From: an uncultured Aliarcobacter sp.
GTDB lineage: Bacteria > Campylobacterota > Campylobacteria > Campylobacterales > Arcobacteraceae
DNA: 64,000 nucleotides
Assembly (NCBI GenBank): GCA_963677435.1
Contig: OY781945.1
Coordinates: forward strand, 1,760,001 to 1,824,000
Direction: 5' to 3'
The notes beneath the pieces were generated by a model. That model was not told where the DNA came from. It was given only the letters and a program-made list of their open reading frames with translations, and did no database searches. Each line of letters starts with the position of its first letter. The first letter of the stretch is position 1. The translations under genes and the position numbers were made by a program. Shown piece after piece: positions 49,456 through 59,598 of the stretch.

Positions 49456-51667
49456 TTGCTTTATACATATTTCAAAATTATGTAATACAAAAAGAAAAAC
49501 TGTTGATGATAGTTGTATTGTAAAGAAAAATAATGAGTTACATATAACATATTGTGAAAATGATTCATTTGAAAAATTTGAAAATGATTTGAATTCTTTA
49601 GCAGGAAGTTCTTCTTTATTTTATTTTTTTAAGAAGAGATTTTCAACAGTTTTTATTTCAATAATTTCTGTTTTTGTTATTTTATTAGGATTTCTATCCG
49701 TATCTATTTATGAAGATTTTCTTAAAAAAATGATTTTTCAATCACCATTCTCTTGGGTTTTTAATGATTATGTAGCTTTTGGTTTTGTATTTATTTTTTT
49801 TCTTGGATTATTAATTATGCCTTCTCTTTTGGATGGAGAAGGAAGTGAATTTAAAAATCTCATTTCAAGTTGGTTTAATAAAGATGTTAGAAAACTAAAA
49901 AAATTAAAATTGAGTTTTTCAAATTTTGATAAAAAAGTAGTTGTTCATCTTTATAATTTTGACTTAGAAGATTCAAATCATTGGCTTTGGAAAATATATA
50001 TAAACACAGTTTTAAATAGATTTAATGATGTTCATTTTTATATTAGAAATGATAAGGTTCAAAATATAACTAAAAGATTGAAAAAATTTAATGTATTAGA
50101 TTTAGAAGTAATAAAAGATGAAATTATTTCTAAAAAGTGTGATGTTGAAATTCTGCTTTCTTCAAAAGAGCAGAAATTATACTCATTATTACAACTTTGT
50201 TCAACTACCATATTAAAACAAAGGGACAAAAAAAGTTTTATATCATTAGAACTTTTTGAATATTGTGGAAAAAATTTCATAAAAGAGGAACAAGATTCTA
50301 AAAATCAACTAATTTTTGGTTTCCAAAATTTTATAAATAGAAGTTTTGATGACTTTAAATTTTTAGCTCAAGAAAAATCTTTACAGCTATATTTCACTTC
50401 AAATGTAACTTTTAAAGATTTAAGTGAAGAAGAGAAAAGGTTGGCATATTATCTTAGAAATCATATTGAAGAGTGTGTCTCTACTTTTGAAAATCCAATA
50501 TCATTTTTGATTTTATATTATTATGTAAAAGATATTGTTTTAAATCAAAGAAGAACTATAAAAATTTTAGAAAAATTCATAAGTTCTATGAAACAAAAAG
50601 AACAATATGAATTAGTAAACTTTTATTGGTTTGAAATTGCAGGTTTTATGTTTGATTTTAATGATGTAAATACTTTTGAAAGTTCAAATAACTCTTATTA
50701 TAGAAAATTATCTATCGAAACCTTGAATGATTTAATCTTTTTATTTGAAAGAAATGGTCATTTTGAACAAGCAATTTTATTAACAAACTATTTATATGAA
50801 ATAAATCCAAATAAATATGCTTTAAATATCTGTTCATTATATGAAAGAATGGGACAATTTGAGCTTGCATATAACAGTTTACCAAAAACATTAGAAATAG
50901 GAAAAAATTCAAAACCAACTGATATTGAAGTTAGATATTTTCAAAGAAAAGCCGCTTGGATTATTATTTCTCAAAGAAATGAAGAGTTAAAACATGAGGG
51001 AATTAAATCTTTAAATAAATTAGAAGAGTTACTCTTCTCACACAATGAAGATAATAATCCATTATGGTTATGGCACTTTTATAATATAAAGGCTAATTTA
51101 GAAGAGTGGAATGAAAACTATGATGAAGCAATAAAATATTATAAAAAATCTCTTTCAATTCCAACTTTGGGTGCTTTTGAATATGGTGGGACTTTTATAA
51201 ATATGTCTATTTCTTACAGATTTAAATATATTCAAGAAGTTGAGAAAAATATAAAAACTATTGATAAATCTATAAAATTAGGAAGATTAGGGCTTGTTTT
51301 AAAACAATCAGTTGGTGATAGGGATGAAATGCCAATTGTTTTACACAATTTGGCTTTAAATATTTTATATAAAATTTTATACACCTCAATGGATACAAGT
51401 TTATGTAATGAAGTTTTAGAACTTACAAAAGAGGCTTTAGAAATATTAGATAAAACAAAATCAATAAAAAGATTAGGAATGGTATTAATAGAAAATTATA
51501 TTGCAAAATCTTTATTTAAATTAAAAACTAATGATATTGTTGAAAAACTTGAAAAACATATCTCACTTTTAGGGCAAAGTGAGTTAACTCAATTGTTAAA
51601 TATATACCAAGAGTTTGAAAAAATAAACAAAATTAAAAAAATAGAATTTTTAGATAAATTAATTTAA
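49442..51667 (+). CDS. Hypothetical two-TM protein with C-terminal TPR-like repeats
   Basis: Two hydrophobic segments near the N-terminus; ERNGHFEQAI, ERMGQFELA, YDEAIKYYKKSL repeats. Confidence 0.7.
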   Translation: MNQNNCFIHISKLCNTKRKTVDDSCIVKKNNELHITYCENDSFEKFENDLNSLAGSSSLFYFFKKRFSTVFISIISVFVILLGFLSVSIYEDFLKKMIFQSPFSWVFNDYVAFGFVFIFFLGLLIMPSLLDGEGSEFKNLISSWFNKDVRKLKKLKLSFSNFDKKVVVHLYNFDLEDSNHWLWKIYINTVLNRFNDVHFYIRNDKVQNITKRLKKFNVLDLEVIKDEIISKKCDVEILLSSKEQKLYSLLQLCSTTILKQRDKKSFISLELFEYCGKNFIKEEQDSKNQLIFGFQNFINRSFDDFKFLAQEKSLQLYFTSNVTFKDLSEEEKRLAYYLRNHIEECVSTFENPISFLILYYYVKDIVLNQRRTIKILEKFISSMKQKEQYELVNFYWFEIAGFMFDFNDVNTFESSNNSYYRKLSIETLNDLIFLFERNGHFEQAILLTNYLYEINPNKYALNICSLYERMGQFELAYNSLPKTLEIGKNSKPTDIEVRYFQRKAAWIIISQRNEELKHEGIKSLNKLEELLFSHNEDNNPLWLWHFYNIKANLEEWNENYDEAIKYYKKSLSIPTLGAFEYGGTFINMSISYRFKYIQEVEKNIKTIDKSIKLGRLGLVLKQSVGDRDEMPIVLHNLALNILYKILYTSMDTSLCNEVLELTKEALEILDKTKSIKRLGMVLIENYIAKSLFKLKTNDIVEKLEKHISLLGQSELTQLLNIYQEFEKINKIKKIEFLDKLI

Positions 51668-51768
51668 AAATTATATTTTCAAATAAGCTCTTTTATGACT
51701 TGATTCTTATAGTGGTTAGTAGTATAATTAAAATAAATTACTAATTAGTATTATTAAAAGGAATAATC

Positions 51769-52839
51769 ATGGATATTAAAGACAGGGCACAAGGTGCAAT
51801 AGTTGGTGCATTTATTGGTGATGCAATAGCTTTAGGCCCACATTGGTATTATGACTTAGATGAACAGTATAAAGATTATGGGCAGTGGATTACAACATAT
51901 ACAAATCCTAAAAAAGGAAGATACCACGAACATGAAAAAGCTGGGAATCAATCTCAAGCTGGATATATTTTAAAACTTATGATTAAATCTCTCATAGAAA
52001 AAAAAGCTTACAATGAAGAAGATTTCTGCAAAAAGCTTGATGAAGATTTATTTACAAAAATTGACGGAATTCCAACCCATGGACCAGGTGGTTATACTTC
52101 ACAATCTATTAGAGAAGTATATAGACAAAGAGTTGAGCAAAACTTACCATGGGAGAAAGTTGGAAGTAGAGCAGATACAACAGAAGCTATTGAGCGAACA
52201 CTTGCAATTGCTGTAGCCTATGCATTAAAGCCAAAAGAGTTAGCAAAAAATATTTCCCATAATACATTTTTAACGCAAGTGGATGATATCGTGGGTTCAA
52301 TGACTGTAGCTTATGGTGCAGTATTAGCTCAACTAATTCAAGGTGAAAAACTAGATGAAAACATATCAAATAAATTAATGAAATTAGTTAAAAGTGGTGA
52401 ACTTCCTTTTCATGCAGTTACCACTAATGGTTTAAAACCGCCAAAAGATGGAGCAAAAGATCCTTCAAATATTGGATTATTTGCATCTCCTGATGCACTA
52501 TTATCACCTTCATTTATTGCCCAAGCTGCAAATGATAAAGATATCAAAATAGAACCTGCTTGGAAAGTATCACTTGTGTATGGAATGCCATGTGCAATTT
52601 ATCATATATTACCAGCGAGTTATTATTTAGCTGCACGATTCCATAATGATTTTGAAAGTGCTATTTTACATGCTTTAAATGGCGGAGGACAAAATCAAGC
52701 AAGGTCAATATTAACAGGTGCACTAGTTGGTGCTCAAGTGGGATTAAAAAATATTCCACAAAGATTTATAGATGGATTGAATGAAAAAGATGAAATTTTA
52801 GATTTGGCTAAAAAACTTTCAGATATTATAGACGGGTAA
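51769..52839 (+). CDS. ADP-ribosylglycohydrolase family protein (divergent)
   Basis: GAIVGAFIGDAIALG; NGGGQNQAR...TGALVGA..G..IP. Confidence 0.85.
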   Translation: MDIKDRAQGAIVGAFIGDAIALGPHWYYDLDEQYKDYGQWITTYTNPKKGRYHEHEKAGNQSQAGYILKLMIKSLIEKKAYNEEDFCKKLDEDLFTKIDGIPTHGPGGYTSQSIREVYRQRVEQNLPWEKVGSRADTTEAIERTLAIAVAYALKPKELAKNISHNTFLTQVDDIVGSMTVAYGAVLAQLIQGEKLDENISNKLMKLVKSGELPFHAVTTNGLKPPKDGAKDPSNIGLFASPDALLSPSFIAQAANDKDIKIEPAWKVSLVYGMPCAIYHILPASYYLAARFHNDFESAILHALNGGGQNQARSILTGALVGAQVGLKNIPQRFIDGLNEKDEILDLAKKLSDIIDG

Positions 52840-52926
52840 TTTTATAAAAGTATGAAATGACTTTAAATGTGTACAAGTATATATTAAATATGAATAAAAT
52901 AACAAGAGAAAGAATTTGAGGTAAAT

Positions 52927-55017
52927 ATGAATTATAATTGGAAAACTATAGATTTAAATAACGGAACAGTAGAAGAAAAAAGAGCAGAGATAAAACAATA
53001 CTTTTTACAAACTTATGAACTAGATGAAAAACTTTTTGATTTATTAAAAGATAAAAAATACATACTAGAACAACCAAATAGGTTAAGACATCCACTGATA
53101 TTTTATTTTGGACATACAGCTACATTTTTTATGAATAAACTAAATGTCTCAAATATCACAACTAAAAGAGTAAATAATACTTTTGAAGCTTTATTTGCTA
53201 TTGGTGTTGATGAAATGAGTTGGGATGATTTAAATGATGAAAATTATCAATGGCCAAGTTTCGAAGAGACAAAAGCCTACAGAGATGAAGTAAAAGCTTT
53301 AGTATTGGATCTTATTGATACAATTGAGTTTACTATTCCAATTAATTGGAATTCTCCTATGTGGATTATACTTATGGGAATTGAGCATGAAAATATTCAT
53401 ATAGAAACATCATCTGTATTATTAAGAGAACTAGATATTAAATACTTAAATGATAAAGAACTATTTAAGTACAACAATGAAAGAAGCCAAACTTATCCTC
53501 AAAATGAATTAGTTTTTGTTGAAGGTGGAGAAGTTATCCTTGAAAAAGATCATAAAAAACCAGAGTTTTATGGTTGGGATAATGAGTTTGCTTTTCATAA
53601 AGCATATATAAAAGAGTTTGAAGCTAGTAAGTATCTTGTATCAAATGGTGAGTACTTAGAGTTTGTAAAAGATGGCGGTTATAATAAGCTACATTACTTT
53701 AGCAAAGATGGATTAAAGTGGTTAGACTTTACTCAAACAAAAATGCCAACATTCTGGATAAAAGATGGTGAGAAGTATTATTTAAGAGAGATAAATAGAA
53801 TAGTTGAATTACCTTTAAATTATCCAGTTGATATAAATGTATATGAAGCAGAAGCTTTCTGTAAATATAAGAGTGAAAAACTTGGTTTTGAAGTAAGACT
53901 TCCAAGTGAAGATGAATTTTATAGATTAAATGATTATGTAAAAGCACAAGAGTGTGATGCAAATATTGGATTAAAGTATTTTAATCAAACACCAGTAGAT
54001 AAATATCCTATGGGAGATTTTTATGATGTAATTGGAAATGTATGGCAATGGAGTATAACTCCAATGTATCCGCTTGATGGCTTTGAAACACATCCTGTAT
54101 ATGATGACTTCACAACGCCTACTTTTGATGATAGACATTCACTTATAAAAGGTGGTTCGTTTATTAGTTTAGGGAATGAAACCTTAAGAAGTGCAAGATA
54201 TGCCTTTAGAAAACACTTTTTTCAACATGCTGGATTTAGATATGTTAAAAGTGACAATGAATATAGAACTAAATTAAATGATAATGTATATGAAACAGAT
54301 GAGCAAGTTTCTCAGTATTGTGAATTCCATTATGGTGAAGAGGTTTATGGAGTTAAAAATTTTCCTAAAAATTCTGTTGAAGTATTAGCACCATATTTAA
54401 AAAACATAAAAAAAGAAAAAGCCTTAGATTTGGGTTGTAGTGTTGGACGAAGTTCATTTGAATTAGGAAAAATATTCAATGAAGTATTAGGAATTGATTT
54501 TAGTGCTAATTTTATTAGTGTAGGAATAAAACTTAAAAAATATGATAGTTTAACTTATAAAGTAGCAACTGAGGGTGATTTATATGAAGAAAAAACTGTT
54601 GCATTAAAAGATTTTGACCTTGAAGAAATCAAAGAAAGAGTTACTTTTATGCAAGGTGATGCTTGTAATTTAAAAGAGATGTATACAGCTTATGATTTGA
54701 TTTTTTGCTCAAATTTAATTGATAGATTATATTATCCTCAAAAATTCTTAGATGATATTCCAAATAGAGTAAATAAAGATGGTCTTTTAGTGATATTAAG
54801 TCCATACACTTGGCTTGAAGCATATACTCCTAAAAAGAACTGGTTAGGTGGATTTGTAAGAGATAATAAAGAGGTGAAAACTTTAGATACTTTAAAAGAG
54901 AATTTAAAAGATAGATTTGAATTACTTGATACTATTGATGTTCCTTTTGTGATAAAAGAGACTTCAAGAAAACACCAACATACAATTTCACAAATGAGTA
55001 TTTGGAAGAAAAAATAG
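52927..55017 (+). CDS. ovoA: 5-histidylcysteine sulfoxide synthase / methyltransferase OvoA
   Basis: RHPLIFYFGH, EHENIHIE (HxxxH), FGE-like domain (GNVWQW, FRKHFFQHAGFR), SAM domain LDLGCSVGR, NLIDRL, SPYTW. Confidence 0.93.
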   Translation: MNYNWKTIDLNNGTVEEKRAEIKQYFLQTYELDEKLFDLLKDKKYILEQPNRLRHPLIFYFGHTATFFMNKLNVSNITTKRVNNTFEALFAIGVDEMSWDDLNDENYQWPSFEETKAYRDEVKALVLDLIDTIEFTIPINWNSPMWIILMGIEHENIHIETSSVLLRELDIKYLNDKELFKYNNERSQTYPQNELVFVEGGEVILEKDHKKPEFYGWDNEFAFHKAYIKEFEASKYLVSNGEYLEFVKDGGYNKLHYFSKDGLKWLDFTQTKMPTFWIKDGEKYYLREINRIVELPLNYPVDINVYEAEAFCKYKSEKLGFEVRLPSEDEFYRLNDYVKAQECDANIGLKYFNQTPVDKYPMGDFYDVIGNVWQWSITPMYPLDGFETHPVYDDFTTPTFDDRHSLIKGGSFISLGNETLRSARYAFRKHFFQHAGFRYVKSDNEYRTKLNDNVYETDEQVSQYCEFHYGEEVYGVKNFPKNSVEVLAPYLKNIKKEKALDLGCSVGRSSFELGKIFNEVLGIDFSANFISVGIKLKKYDSLTYKVATEGDLYEEKTVALKDFDLEEIKERVTFMQGDACNLKEMYTAYDLIFCSNLIDRLYYPQKFLDDIPNRVNKDGLLVILSPYTWLEAYTPKKNWLGGFVRDNKEVKTLDTLKENLKDRFELLDTIDVPFVIKETSRKHQHTISQMSIWKKK

Positions 55018-55029
55018 AGAAGTTATTCT

Positions 55030-55575
55030 CTATTTTTTAGATTGATTTAAGGAAGCTAATAGTTTTAATTGTTCGCTAACACTTGCAAATAATAATTGAT
55101 TTTCTTTTAAAACTGAACCATCTTTTGCACTGTTTAAATTCTTTATAGAATTATTATTTAGCTTTGATTCTTGATTTGAAGTTAAAGAATTATTTGTATC
55201 ATCCAAATTTATATCTTGAACTGTTCTTCCTGTAGCTTCTTGTTGAGCTAATTTTAAATCTTGTCGAAGTTGTTTAATTTGGTCTTCTATATTTGAAAGA
55301 GAATTATTTCCAGAAGAATTATTCTTTCTTAAAGTTGCTAATTTTCTCAATATTTCTTCAATATTTTTTAACTCTCCCTCTGTATATCCAGTTTTTAGAA
55401 GTGACATTAAGTCTTTAAATAAACTTTCCGTTGATTGCTTTTCAACTTCTACCGTATTCTCTTCTTTTTTTATTAAAGAGTCAAATGAGTCTTCTTCTTT
55501 GTTTTTAGTGTTTTTTGATGAAAGTTTTTCATTTGTATTATTTAATAATGATGATGTTGTTTCTAATATTTGCAT
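55030..55575 (-). CDS. Hypothetical low-complexity coiled-coil protein
   Basis: 181-aa ORF with AAGGAAG RBS. Confidence 0.65.
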   Translation of the reverse strand: MQILETTSSLLNNTNEKLSSKNTKNKEEDSFDSLIKKEENTVEVEKQSTESLFKDLMSLLKTGYTEGELKNIEEILRKLATLRKNNSSGNNSLSNIEDQIKQLRQDLKLAQQEATGRTVQDINLDDTNNSLTSNQESKLNNNSIKNLNSAKDGSVLKENQLLFASVSEQLKLLASLNQSKK

Positions 55576-55630
55576 AACTCTTCCTTTTATAAAAAAGAAA
55601 ATTGTATCATATTTATGTATAATAATTAGT

Positions 55631-55775
55631 ATGATTATTAAGATAAAATATTATAACAAACAAATTCTTGCAATACTTTTTTTACTTTTCATTTTCTTGA
55701 TAAATCTTTCCATTGAATATAATAAATATTTAGATTTGATTGATGAAGAGATTTATGAAACAAAAGTAGAAGTTT
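55631..55775 (+). pseudogene. comEC: 5' fragment of a probable comEC/rec2 gene, interrupted by an insertion
   Basis: MIIKIKYYNKQILAILFLLFIFLINLSIEYNKYLDLIDEEIYETKVEV resembles, from recall, the N-terminus of Arcobacteraceae ComEC; the frame then enters unrelated sequence and stops at 55834. Confidence 0.55.
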
Positions 55776-55921
55776 GGCTATATTTACATAAAGGTACAAA
55801 ATACGCCACGGTTCTTAAATATAGCTTAACTTAATAAAAAACTAATTTTATCAACAAACTTAAAGAAATATTCAAATTCCAAATAAAAAATTAAATATCT
55901 CATTTTCATCATAAAAATCTT

Positions 55922-56054
55922 TTCTCATAAATGGTGGTTTTTAAGAATGAAAAAAAGCAAATTACTAAATTCCATAAAATCATACTTTTAAATTCTCAAA
56001 AACTATTCTCAAAACTAATTCTTAATTTGTTATAATTTATATGAGTTTTAAGAA
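55922..56054. repeat. Cluster of TTCT(C/T)A(A/T)AA direct and inverted repeats, res-site-like
   Basis: Copies at 55922, 55993 and 56006 (forward) and at 55938-55947 and 56044-56054 (reverse). Confidence 0.5.
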
Positions 56055-56145
56055 AGTTTATTTATTATTCTTTATATTTTAGTTAGTTTATAACTATCTA
56101 TAAGATATAATCTATATATTTTAATTATATATAAAGGATTATTAC

Positions 56146-56382
56146 ATGTTAATTTATGGTATTACAGATATTCAAAATAAACCTTCATTAATAAAAAGTA
56201 TGGATATTGCTCAAATTGTTGATAAAAGAAAAAATATTACATTAGGATATTTCATTTCTTCTAAATATGAAAAACAAATTAAACCTTTGATTGATAAAAT
56301 TGATCGTGATGAAAAATTAGCTAAACTTAAAAAATTAAAACAACATGAAGATTTTGAAAAAGAGAGTGAAAACAACTCATGA
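56146..56382 (+). CDS. Putative antitoxin (small, Phd/YefM-like N-terminus)
   Basis: 78 aa, AAGGA RBS, ATGA overlap with fic, [11 protein letters not shown] start. Confidence 0.55.
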   Translation: MLIYGITDIQNKPSLIKSMDIAQIVDKRKNITLGYFISSKYEKQIKPLIDKIDRDEKLAKLKKLKQHEDFEKESENNS

Positions 56383-56927
56383 AAAATATTGATAAATTAA
56401 GTATTGAAAAAGCATATCTACTTTTTGATAGTAAAGAGATAGATAATTTTGAAGTTGGAACTTTAAAAGGATTACAACAAATTCATAAATTCCTTTTTGA
56501 TGAATTATATGATTTTGCTGGAGAAATTAGAATTCTTAATATTTCAAAAGGTAATTTTAGATTTGCTAACTCTTTATATTTAAAAGAGATTTTAAACAAA
56601 ATAGAAACTATGAATGAAAATACTTTTGAAGAGATAATAGCAAAATATGTTGAAATGAATATAGCTCATCCATTTATGGAAGGTAATGGAAGAACCATGC
56701 GTATTTGGCTTGATATGATGCTAAAGAAAAATCTAAAACAAGTTGTTAATTGGCAATTTGTAGATAAAGAATTATATTTACAATCAATGGAGAGAAGTCC
56801 TATTAATGATTTGGAACTAAGATTTTTATTAAGTGCCAATCTAACAGATAAAGTAGATGATAGAGAAGTAATATTCAAAGGAATAGAACAATCTTACTAT
56901 TATGAAGGATATGTAGTTGAAAAATGA
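56379..56927 (+). CDS. fic: Class III Fic AMP-transferase
   Basis: Catalytic [12 protein letters not shown] and C-terminal inhibitory SYYYEG motif. Confidence 0.92.
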   Translation: MKNIDKLSIEKAYLLFDSKEIDNFEVGTLKGLQQIHKFLFDELYDFAGEIRILNISKGNFRFANSLYLKEILNKIETMNENTFEEIIAKYVEMNIAHPFMEGNGRTMRIWLDMMLKKNLKQVVNWQFVDKELYLQSMERSPINDLELRFLLSANLTDKVDDREVIFKGIEQSYYYEGYVVEK

Positions 56928-57228
56928 ATTTAATTGTAAAGATATAGTTATTACAGAACAAAATGCAAAAGCTTTAATTATTTCAAAAGATGATGAAAAT
57001 TCTATTTTAGATACAGTTATCATTTTACCAATATCTTCTAATATACTTGATGATATGTTTCCTTATAGATTAAGAATTCAAAATAGAGATAATCTAATAG
57101 ATGATTCAGATGTTTTAATCAATCAAATTACAACATTAAATAAATTTAAGATCAAAGAAAAAATAGCTAAATTAACCCAAGAAGAATATGATTTAGTTAT
57201 ACAAGCTCTTTGTAAAAATTTTCAATAG
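56917..57228 (+). CDS. PemK/MazF-like toxin with degenerate N-terminus
   Basis: ALIIS...[28 protein letters not shown]; the usual RP motif is absent. Confidence 0.7.
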   Translation: MKNEFNCKDIVITEQNAKALIISKDDENSILDTVIILPISSNILDDMFPYRLRIQNRDNLIDDSDVLINQITTLNKFKIKEKIAKLTQEEYDLVIQALCKNFQ

Positions 57229-57237
57229 GATAATCTA

Positions 57238-57786
57238 ATGCTTATAGGATATGCAAGAGTTTCAACAACTGATCAAAATCTTTCTTTACAAAAAGATGCT
57301 TTAGAAAAAGCTGGATGTGAAAGAATTTATGAAGATGAACTAAGTGGCACAAAAGATAATCGTCCAGGTCTTTTAAAAGCTCTTGAAATGCTAAGAGAAA
57401 ATGATACTTTAGTTGTATGGAAACTTGATAGATTAGGAAGAAGTGTAAAAAGTTTAATTGAACTTGTAAGTGAACTTAATTCTAAAAATATTCATTTTAA
57501 AAGTTTAACTGATTCAATAGATACATCAACACCAAGTGGAAGATTCTTTTTTCATGTAATGGCTAGTTTAGCCCAAATGGAGCGAGAATTAATAGTAGAG
57601 CGGACAAAAGCTGGACTTGAATCTGCAAAAAAGTTAGGACGTGTTGGTGGAAGAAAAAGAACTATGACTGATAGTAAACTAGCAAGTGCAAAGAAACTTT
57701 TAGAATCAGGGATTCCACCAAAAGATGTGGCAAAAGATTTAGGTGTATCTTTAGCTACACTTTATAGGTGGATTCCTGCAACTTAA
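57238..57786 (+). CDS. Serine recombinase (resolvase/invertase)
   Basis: GYARVST catalytic Ser, VWKLDRLGRS, ERELIVERT, C-terminal HTH VSLATLYR. Confidence 0.96.
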   Translation: MLIGYARVSTTDQNLSLQKDALEKAGCERIYEDELSGTKDNRPGLLKALEMLRENDTLVVWKLDRLGRSVKSLIELVSELNSKNIHFKSLTDSIDTSTPSGRFFFHVMASLAQMERELIVERTKAGLESAKKLGRVGGRKRTMTDSKLASAKKLLESGIPPKDVAKDLGVSLATLYRWIPAT

Positions 57787-57831
57787 AAATTCTAATGAAG
57801 AAATAATTTTAATAAAAAGACTACAATAATT

Positions 57832-58401
57832 TTATTTTAAACTATCTTTTATATGATTAACAAGGTTTTTCTCATCTACTATTCCCGTATATTTTTCAAT
57901 AAACAATCCATTTTTTCCATATAAAAAAGATTCTGGAACTTTTTTTACATCCCCAAGTTCTTTAGCTAGTCTAAAGTTTTCATCCTCACTAATAGTAATT
58001 GGAAATTTTATATTATTTTCTTTTATAAAACTAGATAAAGTATTCATATCTAAGTCTTTTTCATATAAAACACCTATAACAATAAAATTATCTTTATATT
58101 TTTCATAAATTTCATTAAATACAGGAATTTCTTTTTTACAAGGAGGACACCAAGTTGCCCAGAAATTTATAAGAACTAGCTTATCTTCTAATTTATCTGA
58201 TATTAATATATTATTATCAACTGTTAATTTTATTGTTTCTCCATCAAATGTTTTTAAATTATAAGTTTTATCAACTTCTTTTTTTAATTCAATGGTATTT
58301 TTTATATCTTTTTGTTCAATAACTTGGGCTTTTTTCCCCTCTTCACAACCTATAAATAGAAATGAAAAAGAGATTAAAAGAAGCAAATATTTGTTTTTCA
58401 T
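57832..58401 (-). CDS. TlpA/ResA-family thioredoxin lipoprotein
   Basis: Lipobox FIGC; NFWATWCPPC; VPES. Confidence 0.9.
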   Translation of the reverse strand: MKNKYLLLLISFSFLFIGCEEGKKAQVIEQKDIKNTIELKKEVDKTYNLKTFDGETIKLTVDNNILISDKLEDKLVLINFWATWCPPCKKEIPVFNEIYEKYKDNFIVIGVLYEKDLDMNTLSSFIKENNIKFPITISEDENFRLAKELGDVKKVPESFLYGKNGLFIEKYTGIVDEKNLVNHIKDSLK

Positions 58402-58481
58402 ATTTTTCCTTATTAGATTAACTTTTTGTTTCTTGCTTTTTTAACATTTAGAATTTGTTTTTTTCTATAAAATAATCAATC

Positions 58482-59144
58482 TTAACTAATATTAAATCTA
58501 TATCCAATTCCTTTGAGGGTTGTTATAGTTTCATCATTAAGTTTTTTTCTTAAATTTTTAATGTATGTTCTTATTGTTGTAGATTCAGGCATTTCATCAT
58601 AAACCCAATTATTTACTGATATTTCATCTATAGAAATAGTTTTATTTTTATTTTTTAAGAAATATTCTAAAATCTTTGTTTCTATTTTTGATAAATTAAA
58701 CTCTTCATTATTTCTTATGATAACTTTTTTTTCATAATTATAAAAAGTGTCATTATCTATTTTTATTTGTCCATGATTATCAATTTGTCTTAATCTTTTT
58801 ATATTTTCAATTCTGAGTTCTAATTCACTTAATTCAAATGGTTTTTTAATATAATCATCACAACCAGAGTTAAATCCTATCTTTACATCATCAGCTGTAT
58901 GTCTTGATGTTATAAATATTGTAGGGATATTAATATTATTTTGACGAATATTTTTTAACAGTTCAAATCCTGTAATATTAGGAATATTAACATCGAATAA
59001 TAAAAGGTCAAAACTCTCTTCATAGATTAACTCTTCAGCAATATTCCCATCAAAAGCAGTAATTACTTCATAATTTAAAGATAACAAAAATTCTTCAATT
59101 ATCTCATTTAGAATAACATCATCTTCAAGTAAAAGTATTTTCAT
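58482..59144 (-). CDS. OmpR-family response regulator with no adjacent kinase
   Basis: LLEDD, FDVNIP, GCDDYIKKPF, GIGYRF. Confidence 0.92.
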   Translation of the reverse strand: MKILLLEDDVILNEIIEEFLLSLNYEVITAFDGNIAEELIYEESFDLLLFDVNIPNITGFELLKNIRQNNINIPTIFITSRHTADDVKIGFNSGCDDYIKKPFELSELELRIENIKRLRQIDNHGQIKIDNDTFYNYEKKVIIRNNEEFNLSKIETKILEYFLKNKNKTISIDEISVNNWVYDEMPESTTIRTYIKNLRKKLNDETITTLKGIGYRFNIS

Positions 59145-59167
59145 TTTATTAATATCCTATTTATTTT

Positions 59168-59596
59168 CTAATGAGATTCATACACACCTGTAGAACCATC
59201 TTTATTTACATACAATATATTATAAGCTTGTTTAGTATTTCCTTGCTCCATTCCAGGACTTCCTATTGGCATACCAGGAACAGTAATTCCTAAAATATTT
59301 GGTTTTTCAACAAGCATTTTTTTTATTGCACTATAGTCTACATGACCTTCAATTACATATCCATCAACAAATGCTGTATGACATGATGTTTGTCCAGCTT
59401 GTAAACCAGCCTTTTGTTTTATAGTATTAACTTCATTTGTTTCAATAGTTTTTACTTCAAAACCTTTACTTTTCATAATATCAATCCATTCACTACAACA
59501 ACCACAAGAAGGTGATTTATAAACTGTCATAGTTTTACCTTCCATTGCAAAAATTGAACTAGTAATTAACATTAATGATAAAATAGTTTTCTTCAT
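59168..59596 (-). CDS. DUF411 / CopG-like periplasmic copper protein
   Basis: Signal peptide; SPSCGCC, SCHT, EGHV, PGMPIGSPGME. Confidence 0.9.
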   Translation of the reverse strand: MKKTILSLMLITSSIFAMEGKTMTVYKSPSCGCCSEWIDIMKSKGFEVKTIETNEVNTIKQKAGLQAGQTSCHTAFVDGYVIEGHVDYSAIKKMLVEKPNILGITVPGMPIGSPGMEQGNTKQAYNILYVNKDGSTGVYESH

Positions 59597-59598
59597 AT

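Noticed and set aside
55776..55815. Tn3-family 38-bp terminal repeat
   Set aside because: It does not begin with the GGGG typical of Tn3 ends and no transposase is in the window, so the element family is left unassigned
58448..58507. Possible remnant kinase start (TTG GAT ATA GAT TTA) overlapping the orphan regulator's end
   Set aside because: Only 19 codons before a stop and no recognisable TM or kinase sequence; too weak to call
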